DNA of 64,000 nt from assembly GCF_052425735.1 (NCBI RefSeq), contig NC_135759.1, forward strand, positions 46,128,001 through 46,192,000. The letters run 5' to 3'. The number at the start of each line of letters is the position of its first letter. Positions within the stretch are counted from its first letter, which is position 1. Origin of the DNA: Oculina patagonica (taxonomy: Eukaryota). A program made the position numbers and the translations under genes. The notes beneath the pieces are model-generated. The model worked only from the letters and a program-made list of their open reading frames with translations, did not search any database and had not been told where the DNA came from. Below are positions 46,247 to 58,300 of the stretch, piece after piece.

Positions 46247-46393
46247 GACGGACCATTATTTTTGGAGGGGGGTATGAAAAAAATATTGAAAAAGTTGTTT
46301 GCAACTAAAAAAGGTGCATAAACTAAAACAATAGTTTGCAGAGGAAAATTTTTCATACCTCCCCCCCCCCCTCCAAGAAAATAATGGTCCGTC
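46247..46393. mobile_element. Short MITE (GACGGACCATTATTTT TIR; Harbinger-like)
   Basis: GACGGACCATTATTTTTGGAGGGGG...CCCCCTCCAAGAAAATAATGGTCCGTC. Confidence 0.65.
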
Positions 46394-46967
46394 CGTTACA
46401 CTTAAATTAGCCAATCAGATTGCTCCATTGTCGGTTCAATATACATGAATATATTTTTTGGACCGTGTATTCTCCAAGTTATCTCGCGCAAATCCCGAAC
46501 GGCTGAAAAAAATAAGCTTGACTCGCATGAAAAATCTTCTCGTACTTTGGTTTGTGAAACAACGTTATGGAACTCTTTATCGACCAAAACACCCGTTGGG
46601 TTCTCGGTCAGAATCGCGTTCTTTTGAACCTTTCCGCTTTGAAATCCGCTTATATGTAGAGAAATTTTTTGCCGTCGTTTAATAAAGCTCCTATTTACCA
46701 AGCTTGCTAGAATCCTCCACGCAAAACACAGGATCCGATTGGTGGCAAATCATTAATAGATCTGATAGAATATCGGCCCTCGGTCTTTTCTGTACAGACT
46801 CCGTCCGTGCCGACTGGACCTAAGGCCCATATTATTTTATATTCTCCCAGTAGGTCCCTCACGCTTGCCGGCTTATAACGGATGTGTATATTCAATAGCA
46901 TTTATTAGATCGTGGTTCTTTTTCATGCATTGCACTTACTCTGGGTACAGTATATCGTTGGTTATAC

Positions 46968-47415
46968 CCCCGGGGGGTACTCCCATAAATTTCGGATAGG
47001 GGTGTGCCGCCAAGGTTCTTAAACCCTGACCCTATTAAGGATAAAGAAAGCGAAAATTGATACCCTTTTTAAGGCCTAAAACCGAAAAATGACACCCTAT
47101 TCAAGGGGAGGAGAAGCGTTCCATGCGACCCAAATAACGGCTAACCGCGCACGGCAAGACACAAATCTCTATAAAATCGCTTTACTAATACCTGAACAGA
47201 AAATTCAGTTTTAAGATACCTTTTTTGGTTGAGCTGGGCATTTATTTTAGCTTATAGAATTTAGGTACCCTATCTAAGGATCACACCGGGAGCTCATTGC
47301 CAAAAGGAGCAAAAATGATACCCTATTTAAGGACCGAGAACCACAAAAACCATACCCTATCGGGCGGCACATACCTATATAGGCCACATATGGGAGTACC
47401 CCCCCCCCGGGGGGG
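46968..47415. mobile_element. MITE with CCCGGGGGGTACTCCCATA termini
   Basis: TIR-like ends; GGTTATAC duplicated at 46960-46967 and 47416-47423; internal ATACCCTATTTAAGG-like repeats. Confidence 0.8.
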
Positions 47416-47614
47416 GGTTATACCAGAGTTGTTATATCGGGTTCCACTGAACCGAGGATCAACTTGAAGTTTACCCTATCCCCCTCCCCGTAGTCAATTT
47501 AGAAAGCCGGCATTTGCAAGCGTTACCCCTTCATCGTAGCAAAGTGAAGGATTACAAATTGTGTGCCGCATTTGTTTATTGAAGTTATAACAAACACATT
47601 TCCCCACCACCTTG

Positions 47615-48147
47615 TAGGCCTTTCAGGATTATGCTAGCATTTTTTTCGGCATTTTTTGGGAAAACGAGAATTTTTTTTTCGTTTTTTCTTAAAAAAGAAT
47701 TGCTAGCATTTTCTGTCTTTTTTCATTACTGTGATCCAGATTTCAGAACTCAGAAGGATAAATAATCCTAAAGTTTCACAATTTTGATTACTTAACTTGA
47801 TTGTTTTTGTCTGTTTCGACTGTTTGTGCGTTGTGTTACTTGTTTACTTGTGTTGTGTTACATGTGTGTGTGTTTTTTAATTTTTTTAAAAGTATTTTTT
47901 TTTAATTTTTTTTTTAATTTTTTTTTATAAACAAACAATTATTAAGTATCACCTGTTGTTGACTGATATGATCATATAATGTAAGAGTTTGTACGTTTTG
48001 TTTGAAATAAAACAAAGCATTCTTTGGAATTCAAGTGGCATTTTTTAAAGAAATCAGGCATTATTTTAGCATTTTTTTTGGCTTTATGCGAGAATTTCTA
48101 GTAGCATTAAATGCCAGTTTTACTAGCATTTAATCGAGAAAGGCCTA
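47615..48147. mobile_element. hAT-type MITE
   Basis: TIR TAGGCCTTTC...GAAAGGCCTA; 8-bp TSD CCACCTTG at 47607-47614 and 48148-48155; subterminal TAGCATTT repeats. Confidence 0.9.
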
Positions 48148-48768
48148 CCACCTTGACAATTTGTTACATTAGGGTTCTCCTATAAACTCATTGCTTCTTC
48201 CTATAGACGCGAGCAAGCCCCGTAGGCGGACTGACCCTTTTAGCCGAGACGAATCTTCTCATATGGAAGAATTTCGTTCGGTTCCTGAGTGTTTTTTAAA
48301 ATTGCATTGCGAACGTTAGATTATGCAATTGCGCGGTGGCACATGTACACTTGAAATTCTTCACTTCGGCAGGCAGGACAAGTCAACTGACAAGTCGTTC
48401 ACATGGAAAACTTGTTATACCTCCCAAACGTTTCGTGGTATGCGCAATGGCTGCCGAGATCTCGCGAACCCTATCAGCTCTTTTTCTCCTCCGGCGTCCA
48501 CCCTTTGGATGGCGGTGCGCGTGGATCTTTCTTCCCGCCCGGTTATGGGCCTGTTGCATTTCCCTAACCATCAACCCACGCGCCCCCTGTTTCCCGCCCT
48601 TCACCAAAGAAATGCAAAGGTGTCTCGTTGGATACGAGATGGTAGATAGCCAGTTGGCTATAACGATCTCATATCCAACAAGCGCGAGTGGAATATTAAA
48701 TTTAAAAAAAACAACGCTTAAAAATTGCAATATTTGAGCTCCCCAGGTGTTTCCGTTGACGTATATCG

Positions 48769-49370
48769 GCGGTCATAACGCCCCCGAGACATAACGCCCC
48801 CTCTAAGACATGACGCCCCCTATTGCGATATTTATATATTCAGAGAAAGATGAGAGAAGAGCATGATCTGAGGATATAATAAAATCAATAAATGATATGA
48901 ACTACTGTAGTTTACTGGTCTGTTTGCGTTGCGATTCATCCGTAAATGGCAATTGCGATTCTTCTGTTTTTGTTGCTCGATCGGTTTCGCTCGATCCATG
49001 TGAGCAACGAGTAGTAAAGATGAAAAACTATGGAAAGATACTTACCTGTTTGAACACGGTGCGATTTATGGCGATTTAGAATTGGTATCTAATATGGCGA
49101 ACACTTATGGCACAGTGAATACCGATCACAATCCAAACAACCCAACAAAGAGCAAATAACAAAAATAGGAAAGTATAAGAACCTTGGATCGGTAGAACCC
49201 GCTCACTATAAACTCGGTTTTTACGATCGAAAACTGAAAAATTATCTTTCTGCTATCGTCATCATAAAATCACAAATTAAAATTCCCTTTCTTACATTAG
49301 GGGGCGTCATGTCTTATAGGGGGGGCGTTGACTTATAGGGGGCGTTATGTCTCGGGGGCGTGATGACCGC
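48769..49370. mobile_element. MITE with long repetitive TIRs (ACATAACGCCCC)
   Basis: GCGGTCATAACGCCCCCGAGACATAACGCCCC...GGGGCGTTATGTCTCGGGGGCGTGATGACCGC. Confidence 0.8.
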
Positions 49371-49563
49371 AATACATATCGGCTACCCTGATTTGTGGTC
49401 AATGGAAGCCTCTCTATTATATGGGTATTTCCGAAGAAATCGAAGACGCGGAAAAAACGAAGATCTCAAGACTCTCTCAAGACTGAAGCAAAGATCTGAA
49501 ATTGACCAAAATTCACGTGATCAAATTGAACACTTAGATATAAAACTGTCAAAAATCTCATTA

Positions 49564-50113
49564 CAGTGGAACCTCGATTTAACGAACCTCTATACAACGA
49601 AGCCCTCGGTATAACGAACGATATTCTTCAGCCCGGCCAAAGTTACAGTGAAATGTATGGAACAGGACCTCGATATAACGAACCTCGATATAACGAAATC
49701 CTCGTTATAACGAACACAATCCGGAAGCCCAAACGTAAAATGTACCTCGATATAACGAATTTCAGTAAACACACGACAAAAAGTCTACAAAAGATGAACG
49801 TAGATCAGACCAACAAAGATGAAAATACTTTAATCCTAACAGGAAAACAACTCCAAAGACATATTTCTATACCTATGTGGATATTGAACATAAAAGTACA
49901 AATGTTATTTTTGACAGTCGTTCAGATCATTAAATGCTGGGTAGTGCAACGTAACAGCGTGAAAAACAATTATTAACTATACCTCGATATAACGATCACT
50001 TTGGTTGTTTTTCCACAAATTCGTTATATCGAGGTTTTCGATATAACGAACCCTCGATATAACGAACAAATTTCCCCAGTCCCTTAGCACTTCGTTAAAT
50101 CGAGGTTCCACTG
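49564..50113. mobile_element. Tigger/pogo-like MITE nested in a GAGCCTCTC-family element
   Basis: TA|CAGTGGAACCTCGATTTAACGAA...TTCGTTAAATCGAGGTTCCACTG|TA; many CTCGATATAACGAA repeats. Confidence 0.92.
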
Positions 50114-50559
50114 TAACATTACAGAAAATATCTTTAATTTCTGAATTTTGGCATTTGATCACATTTTAAGAAAAAAAAAGAACGAAGATAAAACGAGGAT
50201 CTGCTTAAAAACACGAAGATTTGCAAAAAAAATTGTGAAGAAAACAAAGACCGTGGGTACCCATAGAGATGAGCTGATGTACCATTGCCTGTTAACCAAT
50301 CAAAACTCAGGAATAGCAATATACCATTGCTAGTTTTTAATTAAAAGAGGTGTTACCTGGAAACGAGATTAGAAGAAGACCATAAAAGCTATTTTTGGAG
50401 GGAGATAACTTCTGTAAGAGGACACGAGGGAGCGCATTTGTACCGAGGGTGGAGGAGGGTGGCTTACTAAAAGTAATCATCCCACGCCTCACAACGTTAC
50501 TCCAGTATATAGAGGGTACTGGTAAAGAGGTTATTGCTGTAATTAATTACAAACACAAA

Positions 50560-52336
50560 AGATGCAACGAAGGCTTTTCAGTTTAATCTGACAAAAACAA
50601 CCTTGTTGCCGTTTCTATTTGAACCAATAAATCTTGCCATACACTAAATATATGTATACTATTTATCTTGAAACATTACAGGCATACATGATCCTGTTAC
50701 AGCTGAGAAGCATATCAAAATTTCTCAAAACAAAAACACTAACACGCTCAAAAAATAACTTACCAATGGCAACTCTTTACAAAAATGTTCAGCAGAGAAC
50801 ATTATAAATACTTAATTACACTAATATTAGCTCTCACGCTTTGCAACCAATAAAAAGTTCACCTTCTTTATAACAACTACAAAATTAAATACGTGGCAAT
50901 CTTTCTAAATACGTTTTTTGTTTCTGTTTTTTTTTTTAAGTTAAAAACGACTATCACGCTATACTCAACAAAGATGAAACCTTTTGGCTCTAAATAAGTG
51001 CAACCTTAATAACTTAAAGATATTGAAACGTGTTCAAGTGTAATTCATTACAACACTAAACTTTTTTCTCTTTTTTTTTCAATCATATATAAAAACAGCT
51101 TTTTTTCTTTTACCTTTTTATACAATTACAGTTAAAAGATGCTATATCAACTTACAAGACTGAGAAAGGTATTGCTTGCATTTCAAAAATTGAAAAATTA
51201 GAAACACTCTTGACAGCAAAACTATATACAAATATTTTGTGCCGTTTGTGGTGCCCAATAAATTAGACTCCAGTTTAATAAAAAGACAAGTAGAAAAAAG
51301 TTAATCATTGAAGTAGAAGTCCTTGTGTGCAAATGACACAAATAGTATGTTTATAAAAAATCAAGGTCAAATTGGAAAAACCAGGAAAAACAGATAAAAA
51401 GAATTTTTCTCCTACTGTCCGAGGACCAGCCTTTGAGAGAGCAGACTTTCTCTGATGTTTTTAAATAAAACATGTAGTGTAGAAGACACAAAATGTAAAG
51501 TTCAAAAGATGTAGTCATTTGCGCAAAAGTCTGTGGCAATAGCCAGTGAAAGCACATGAATTTTATAACAATCAAAAAGCCCTAAATAAACTAAGAAACT
51601 AAAATAATTCAAAACAAAGATACTGTCAAAAACTGAATGATCATCCGTATAAGCAAACCATGTCGGTGATGGAAATGAGAATGTAACAAATAAAAGAACA
51701 GTATGCATTTAAATAAATATGTATGTTGGAAAATATAAAATGAGTCCATACTGTGGAGTTTGAACTAGAACTTTGTCAAGGACATGAATTCTTTATGTCT
51801 CACTACATATTCCGCTGCATGTTCAGCTAAAACAAAGCTATTAATTATACTTGCATGATGATCAAAACATAATACACTGTTTTTCAAACATCTCTGTCAT
51901 GGTTGCTTAAACTTGCAAATCACTCAATACAAATGTGCAGTAAATGCTAAAACTGGAAGTCAGTGACAGTCAAGCAAAAGCAAATATTACCTTTTTGTTG
52001 AATTAACAATAAGATTACATCAAAAATATTGTTGAGTAACATTGTAATCCCCAGCTCAACCATTAGCATGACTAACTTACGATGAAAACCATTGCAAGAA
52101 AATATTTTGTATTACATGTGAATTTTTACCTAAAGACTGTCTATAAAATAATCAAATAGAAGAAATAGAACACTCTAAACATTCAACAGATGCACTTCAA
52201 ATTACCAAATTCATGTGATACGACTGCACCCAAAGAAAAAACAACCAAACATAAGCACAGACAATTGCCTGTGAGTCAGGCACAATGCAGTCTGGTTACT
52301 CATTTGCATAAAGTGTTGCTGCTTGCCACTGGAGAA
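50560..52336 (-). promoter_or_regulatory. Long U-rich CPEB1 3'UTR with multiple CPE-like elements, a Pumilio element and an ATTAAA poly(A) signal
   Basis: Minus-strand TTTTAT/TTTTTAT at ~50850, 51089, 51279, 51353, 51394, 51464, 51690, 52143. TGTATATA at 51223-51230. ATTAAA at 50582-50587 followed by GU-rich TTTTGTGTTTGT. No obvious TE insertions. Confidence 0.6.
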
Positions 52337-55300
52337 TCACTGAGTAGTTCCACTCTTGCTTGTTCGTGTCAGTGGTCTGAAACAAATTATAAAAGAGTGT
52401 TTATGAACAGCTGTCTGATCTCACAGCCAAACACTTGTGTTTTTTTCAACCCTTTTTAACCCATTGACACCTGTGCACTTCTGATGTCATCACTACTGCC
52501 CAAAAAAGGCATCACTCATACTCAATCTCTGCAGAGGAAAAGATCTTTCCAGTGATACCCAAAGCAGAGCTTGAACTGCGTTTTAAAATGCTTACAAATT
52601 TGAGTGAAAAACTCAGAGGAAAATTTTCCTCTTCTTTCCTTGGTTACTCCATGGTAAAAATTTCCCATCTTGTTTATGCTTTCTCAGGAGTTCTTGAACT
52701 CAAAGCAAGCCTGGTATAAGGCTGGCCAACAACAACTGCAGCAAAAAAGATTAGAAATTGGGGAAAGGGAAGTGCAAGTGGAAAGAGGTACATGAAGGGC
52801 CGTAGGCAGGGTATGATGGGTGTGTCCGCACCCACCCACGGGCCACAAAGGTCTGCCTAACTGGGGAGTGAGGGTAAAAATTACTCTCAGAATGCAGGGA
52901 ATGTGGACTTAAACAACTTGATTTTTCAAAATTTCCTGTGGGATAATAACCCTGGACCCCCAAAGACGCTTGCGCCTCTGGCCCTTGTACCCACCTATGC
53001 AAGATCCTGCCAAAGGCCTTGACATGTAGGTCAAAATCTCAAAATTTTGACTTGTGCATATGCCAGAACAAAAAATTAATGTCATAAAATGCAATGCCAG
53101 TGGAAGGCAAGGCATGCTTTAATATTGCAAATAGAGGTGGCTGTTTTGAATGGCTTGGATCTAATTTAGCTCATAACTGACCAGAAAATCTCAAAAATTC
53201 CTTATATGCAGTTCTTTCCCACAAAAACTTCAGGCATCAATGGGTACATATAATACAAACAGAGTTGCTGAGGCATTTGGTGTGCTTAAGAGTCATTAAA
53301 CTCATCAACAATAGATGAGCTTGGGGATGGTGCCTGGAAAGATGGTGAAGCCTCGAGCACAAAGCCGAGAGCGTAGGGTAACCATGACAACCCTGTGAGC
53401 GGCAACCACCAGGCACCATCACACTGCATACACAGTGGAACCATGATACTTACCTCATACTAACCAGAGAGGGAGGGAGGGCAGGGAGAAGACGCCAAAG
53501 ACAGTCGAACGGCAAAGGCGCACGTGAAAATGAGCTGACCACAGAAGCCGAGCTGTAAAACCACGCGACCCCCAGCAGATCCCCCCCTCCCACTACACAT
53601 GACCAAAACACGGGTAGGCTGCTGACCAGCATTGTTTCGCGTTTAACTTAGCTTAAATTACATTCAACCACATTAAAAGGGCCAGCAGTGACAAAGAAAA
53701 GACATACTGCAAGCCACCTTTAAAAAAACAAAATTTGCACATAAAACTTGCTTAGAAAAATATAAAAAGTTTCACTACCTGTGCTGACGATAACCCTCAA
53801 TTGAGTGATGCCACAACCAACATGAATGACAGTAATACTTGAAACAGGATTCTTCACGACAGAAGAAAGGACCAGATGTAGTATGGCAAATGTCACACAT
53901 GGAGTCCTCTAAATATGGGTCAACTTGGACCTGAATTCCAGGAAAGAATCAAATGAGCAATTAAAAAAATCCACCGTCTTTTTCAAGATGGTGACTTAAT
54001 AAAATTTGACATGTGCATGTCACAAGGCTTAATCCAGCCAGGACTGGTTCAATTACTTTTGTATAGTAATAATTTTTTGTAGCAACTGCCAATATTACAT
54101 TTATAATTAATGTAATATATTGGCAATTATTATTGACAAGCATAATTTCTGTTTCAACTCTACAATAAAAAGTTTGAAACACAGCAAAAAAATGAGCACA
54201 GAAATAGTAAAAAAGATTGCTTCTAGCTCACCTTTTTAACAAATTTTGGTGTCTCTATTTCAATGAATCCTGAACGTACAGCTTCCAGGAAGCTCTTCTG
54301 GTTGTTAAATGTAATGCGACCAGAACCTGGGATGACGAAACATTTAAAATTATGGTTTTTGTTTGTTTAATACGGCCTTATGTGCCCAAGGCACAAAGAG
54401 GATTTAGTGAGTGATGTTTAATGTTACTTGCTTACATATTCAGCAGTTAACTCACCTATAGGATAGCGGTGTTTATCAGTGTCAATACCAGCATAGACAA
54501 CTCCTCCAAACAGGTCGTTCATAATATAGGCCAGACCCTCTGAAATATGAAAAATTAACAAATCAACCATATTCCAATAAACAGGGTTTACAAGTGTTAA
54601 GCTGTGTGTACATTACACAGCTATTATTAATTGTTGCATATTTTCAAAACCACAACCTCAATCTGTGGCATTTTATGGTACAGTAACTATACATGAACAA
54701 AACACAACAGTACAGTAACTACACATGAACAAAACACAATGACCCTGACCGATGCTGGAGCCAGGAATGAGGATGATAACTATTTTTCATCAGAAATCCA
54801 TGGTTTGTCAAAGCTTATTACTTTAATAACATACCTGCATTCAGCATGCCATGCAGTCCACCCACAAACACAGTCCAACTTGTGTCCAATCTTTGATGAG
54901 GACCACGCACATAGTTGGTATCTGACAGGACCCATGGAATCACCTGCACCTAACAATGTGAACAGACCGGACAGAACTGCTAGTAACATCATGTACTGGG
55001 TGTTTTGTCGGAAATGATAAGACAAGAATCAAATAATAACTTATTGTGAGATCACATCACTTATGACGTAACAAACCTGTAATTTCTCTAATAAAGAAGA
55101 TCTGATCTACATTTCGCCTAGCCGCAAATGCAACAGAGACGCCAATGGGTAAATATTACTTCTCTCTTACTTCAATGTTAATTTTTGATGGATTTATCAC
55201 TAACTGATACTTATTTTCATACAGACTTCGAATTTTACTTGTACAAGAATTAAACATTGTGACAATAAACGAAAGTGAACAATTTGAAGCCTTGGTGAAA

Positions 55301-58300
55301 CACGCGACTGGGCGAAACACTGGGTACTTGTTCTTTTCCTGACAAGTTGTAAATTCATTAAACAACTCTAATGTTATACATTTCTGGGATAACAGATGTA
55401 TGAAGTTTTTACTAACACAATCAAGTAAGACTTCCCATGACAGCAGACAATTAACTGGTTCACATTCAAGGTTCAGTCTTTTTTTCTGGGTATTATCAAG
55501 TTGCTTCTCCATAGACCCTTTCTGTTTCACAGACCCTTTCTGTTTCACTGCCTTTCTTAAGTTTTTGAAAAACAAGCTCGGGATAGACAAACAGAAGATT
55601 CGAGACCTAGTTACTTTATAGTTTATTTTACCTAGTTACTTTATCTCTGTAAGTTGTCTTTTTTTGTATTCTGTTTTATTTTATTGTTTGTAAAAAAATT
55701 GTCTATTGTAAAATATTTTGTCAATTATTAAATAAAAAAATGCATTAAAAAAAAAAAAAGTTGCTTCTCCATTCTCCAATATCAACAATATTGAATGTTT
55801 ATACACTGATTTCACAAATGGCGGACGCGCAGAAAAGAACTGGAACTGAAGCATGAAAACGAGGCGTTTTAGGATAAACAACTTTCGTGTTACAAGGGAA
55901 AAAGTGAAAATTTGCAGGAGTTTTGATGCTTTCCTCCGTTAAATGGGGGTATTAGATCGTTTTCTAGGTTGATTTCGAGATAACCGAGTTCGAAATAAGT
56001 TCGCGGCCTAATATTTGTCATTTTGTTTCGGGTTGTAAGCAAAACCCTGGGCTGGACATGGCTTGAAATATTGAAATACGGCGGGTCGCCAAAGACTTTA
56101 ACTGCTTGGAACATCAAGAAAGCTCCAGTATTCAGTCGAGTGTACACATTTTCTTGAGGATTTTGGTGAGTCATTAATGGTCTGCCATTTGTGAAATCGG
56201 TGTATTTATGCTGCTCAAGGCTAGGAAAAATGTGTCTAGTTGTCCAGGACAAGTAGATTTTTCTGCCAGACAAGTAACTTTTAATGTTGACAACTACTCC
56301 CCACCCAGATGGGATGCTAGTACATTGCAGTGTTACCCTCCCCCCCCCCCAGCATAAGTTCGCCAGTACCCATTTATACACCTGGGTGGAGAGAGGCACT
56401 ATGAGAGTAATGTGTCTTGCCCAAGAACACAATCCAATGACCGAGGCCAGGCTCAAAGAGTCCCGCGTGCTAACCAATAGGCCACCGCGCCTCCCATGTA
56501 TACCTTTACTTTTATTTTACTTGAGCTAGTTACCTCTTTGCATCTCATACGTCTGCTGGAGATCTTGAAGTACCAGTCTCCACCATTACAGAAATCATGA
56601 GTGCAGGAAGCCAGTAAGGCTTTGACTGATTTCTCAGAATCAAAGATCAGATAAACATATCCTGAAATGTTAATTACACATCAAAAAATAGAACTTTAGT
56701 GTTTGCAAAGTGTCAAAGATAAATAATTGAAACCTCAACCAGCACAAGATGGTTCAAACTCTAATAAAAAAACGGAAAAAAAATGGAAGAGAAATATCTC
56801 AAGTTACCTTTAGGAGGGTGATGCAAATGCCGGCCATCAGCCTTTCCAGGCCATTCCACTTTGACTGTGCCAAAAGGTTTAAAGGACATGACAAGAGATG
56901 CTAAGGGTTTAAGAAAGTACAATGTTTTCAAACTATTGACAACAAAATGCTTGAATAAGAAGATGGAACTATAATATGACTGTAATCAGTTAAAATTTGA
57001 AAATCAATATATAATAATTATGTACATGATTGCAATATTAGTTAAGTTACCTTCTGTTATATCCCAAGGAACACCTCCAAGAAAAACTTTAGTTGAGTAG
57101 CTTGGATTCTTGTAGTTACGGCGAGGTAGCTGTCCTGACCACTTTTTCATATTCCCTTTATTGTAATCTGCACCTTGTCACAATCAAAGAAAGTTAAGCC
57201 TGCAGCTACAAGGCTATTTATTTTGAGTTAGCTTCATTAAATTCTCAGCTGTTTGACATACAAATGAGGCAATAAGGGTCATTCTGCATCGATTTAATCA
57301 ATGTGTTGACCCTTTTGTCTCTAAACGAAAGAAAATATTGTCACAGGCTCAACTGTGTAAATAACAGCTACTACACAAATTTAAAGTTCAAGTTTATAGG
57401 TTGTTCACAGTACGATTACACTAGTCTGTGATTAGCAAGAATTTTGATTCAGTGGTTTTCTGTTTATAATTTCTTACGTCCAGTTTTGACGTCAACTCAC
57501 ATCAATGGCAATGAAAGGCACAGTTTGCACCAATAGGTACGAAGTACACAGAAGCCACAAGATGAATCATCTTTTCACACTAAAATAGCTTGTCAACTGA
57601 TGTAATGAGTTACATATAATTTTGGTTCCCCAGGTGTTCTTGATCAACATCTAATCCTGGCTCAGTGTAAGTGAACATTTTAAAACCCAGAGCTCCAGTG
57701 ATGGTATCAACAAGCAATGGCTACAACACCACCAAACTGCAAAAGGTTTCTAAGAGCCATTATTTTACATTATAAACTAAGTTACCTGGTAATAGCTGTG
57801 CAAGCCCTGGTGGCTGCATGTAATCTAGTCCTGTTGGATCATTCCACATTCCAAACAAGGGATTAACACCAGTCCACCGAGGATCAGTAAACAGGCTTCC
57901 CATTGTCGGCATCTCAGCTGGCTGCAGCGCTGCAGGAGGTATCCCAATCTGTCTTGGCTGACAACGAGGGAACACAGAGCTGCGGTATGAAGGCCTCATA
58001 GGACTAATGCCAGATTCTGAGTCCACTGGGGAAACAGGAGAAAAAGGGAATGCTCCAAATGGGGAGAATGCACCAATAGGAGAAGAGGGAATACTGTCAG
58101 GAGGAGTATGTATTCCAAAATGAGCACCGCTAGCCATGAAATTACCCTGAAATAAACAAAACCAAACCTTTCTCATTAGCTTTGCAAGTATATAAAGTTT
58201 CAGAGCTTTAAGGTGCAATTAACTGGTTCATGCTAATTGTTAAAAAATTTAAGGGGGCTTTGAACCCCTTCTGGAAATTTTTTCAACTTTGCAAAATAGT

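Noticed and set aside
48323-48737. Cluster of 100-130 aa ORFs
   Set aside because: No recognisable domain; they overlap repeat-like sequence and are open in several frames because of local GC richness.
49566-49976. 136-aa ORF with EPRYNE repeats
   Set aside because: Translation of subterminal repeats of a pogo-like MITE, not a transposase.
53290-53640. HDV-like (CPEB3-type) ribozyme or telomerase RNA
   Set aside because: I could not build the nested double pseudoknot by eye and found no CTAACCCT template; kept only as an unclassified structured element.
55156-55590. 144-aa minus-strand ORF in a CPEB1 intron
   Set aside because: Chimeric: it spans the junction of an antisense LINE insertion, has no recognisable domain and is not needed for the CPEB1 frame.
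56901-57050. U12-type intron in CPEB1 (TTCTTAAAC near the acceptor)
   Set aside because: The donor is GTAACT, not GTATCCTT; no U12 donors were seen in the reconstructed genes.
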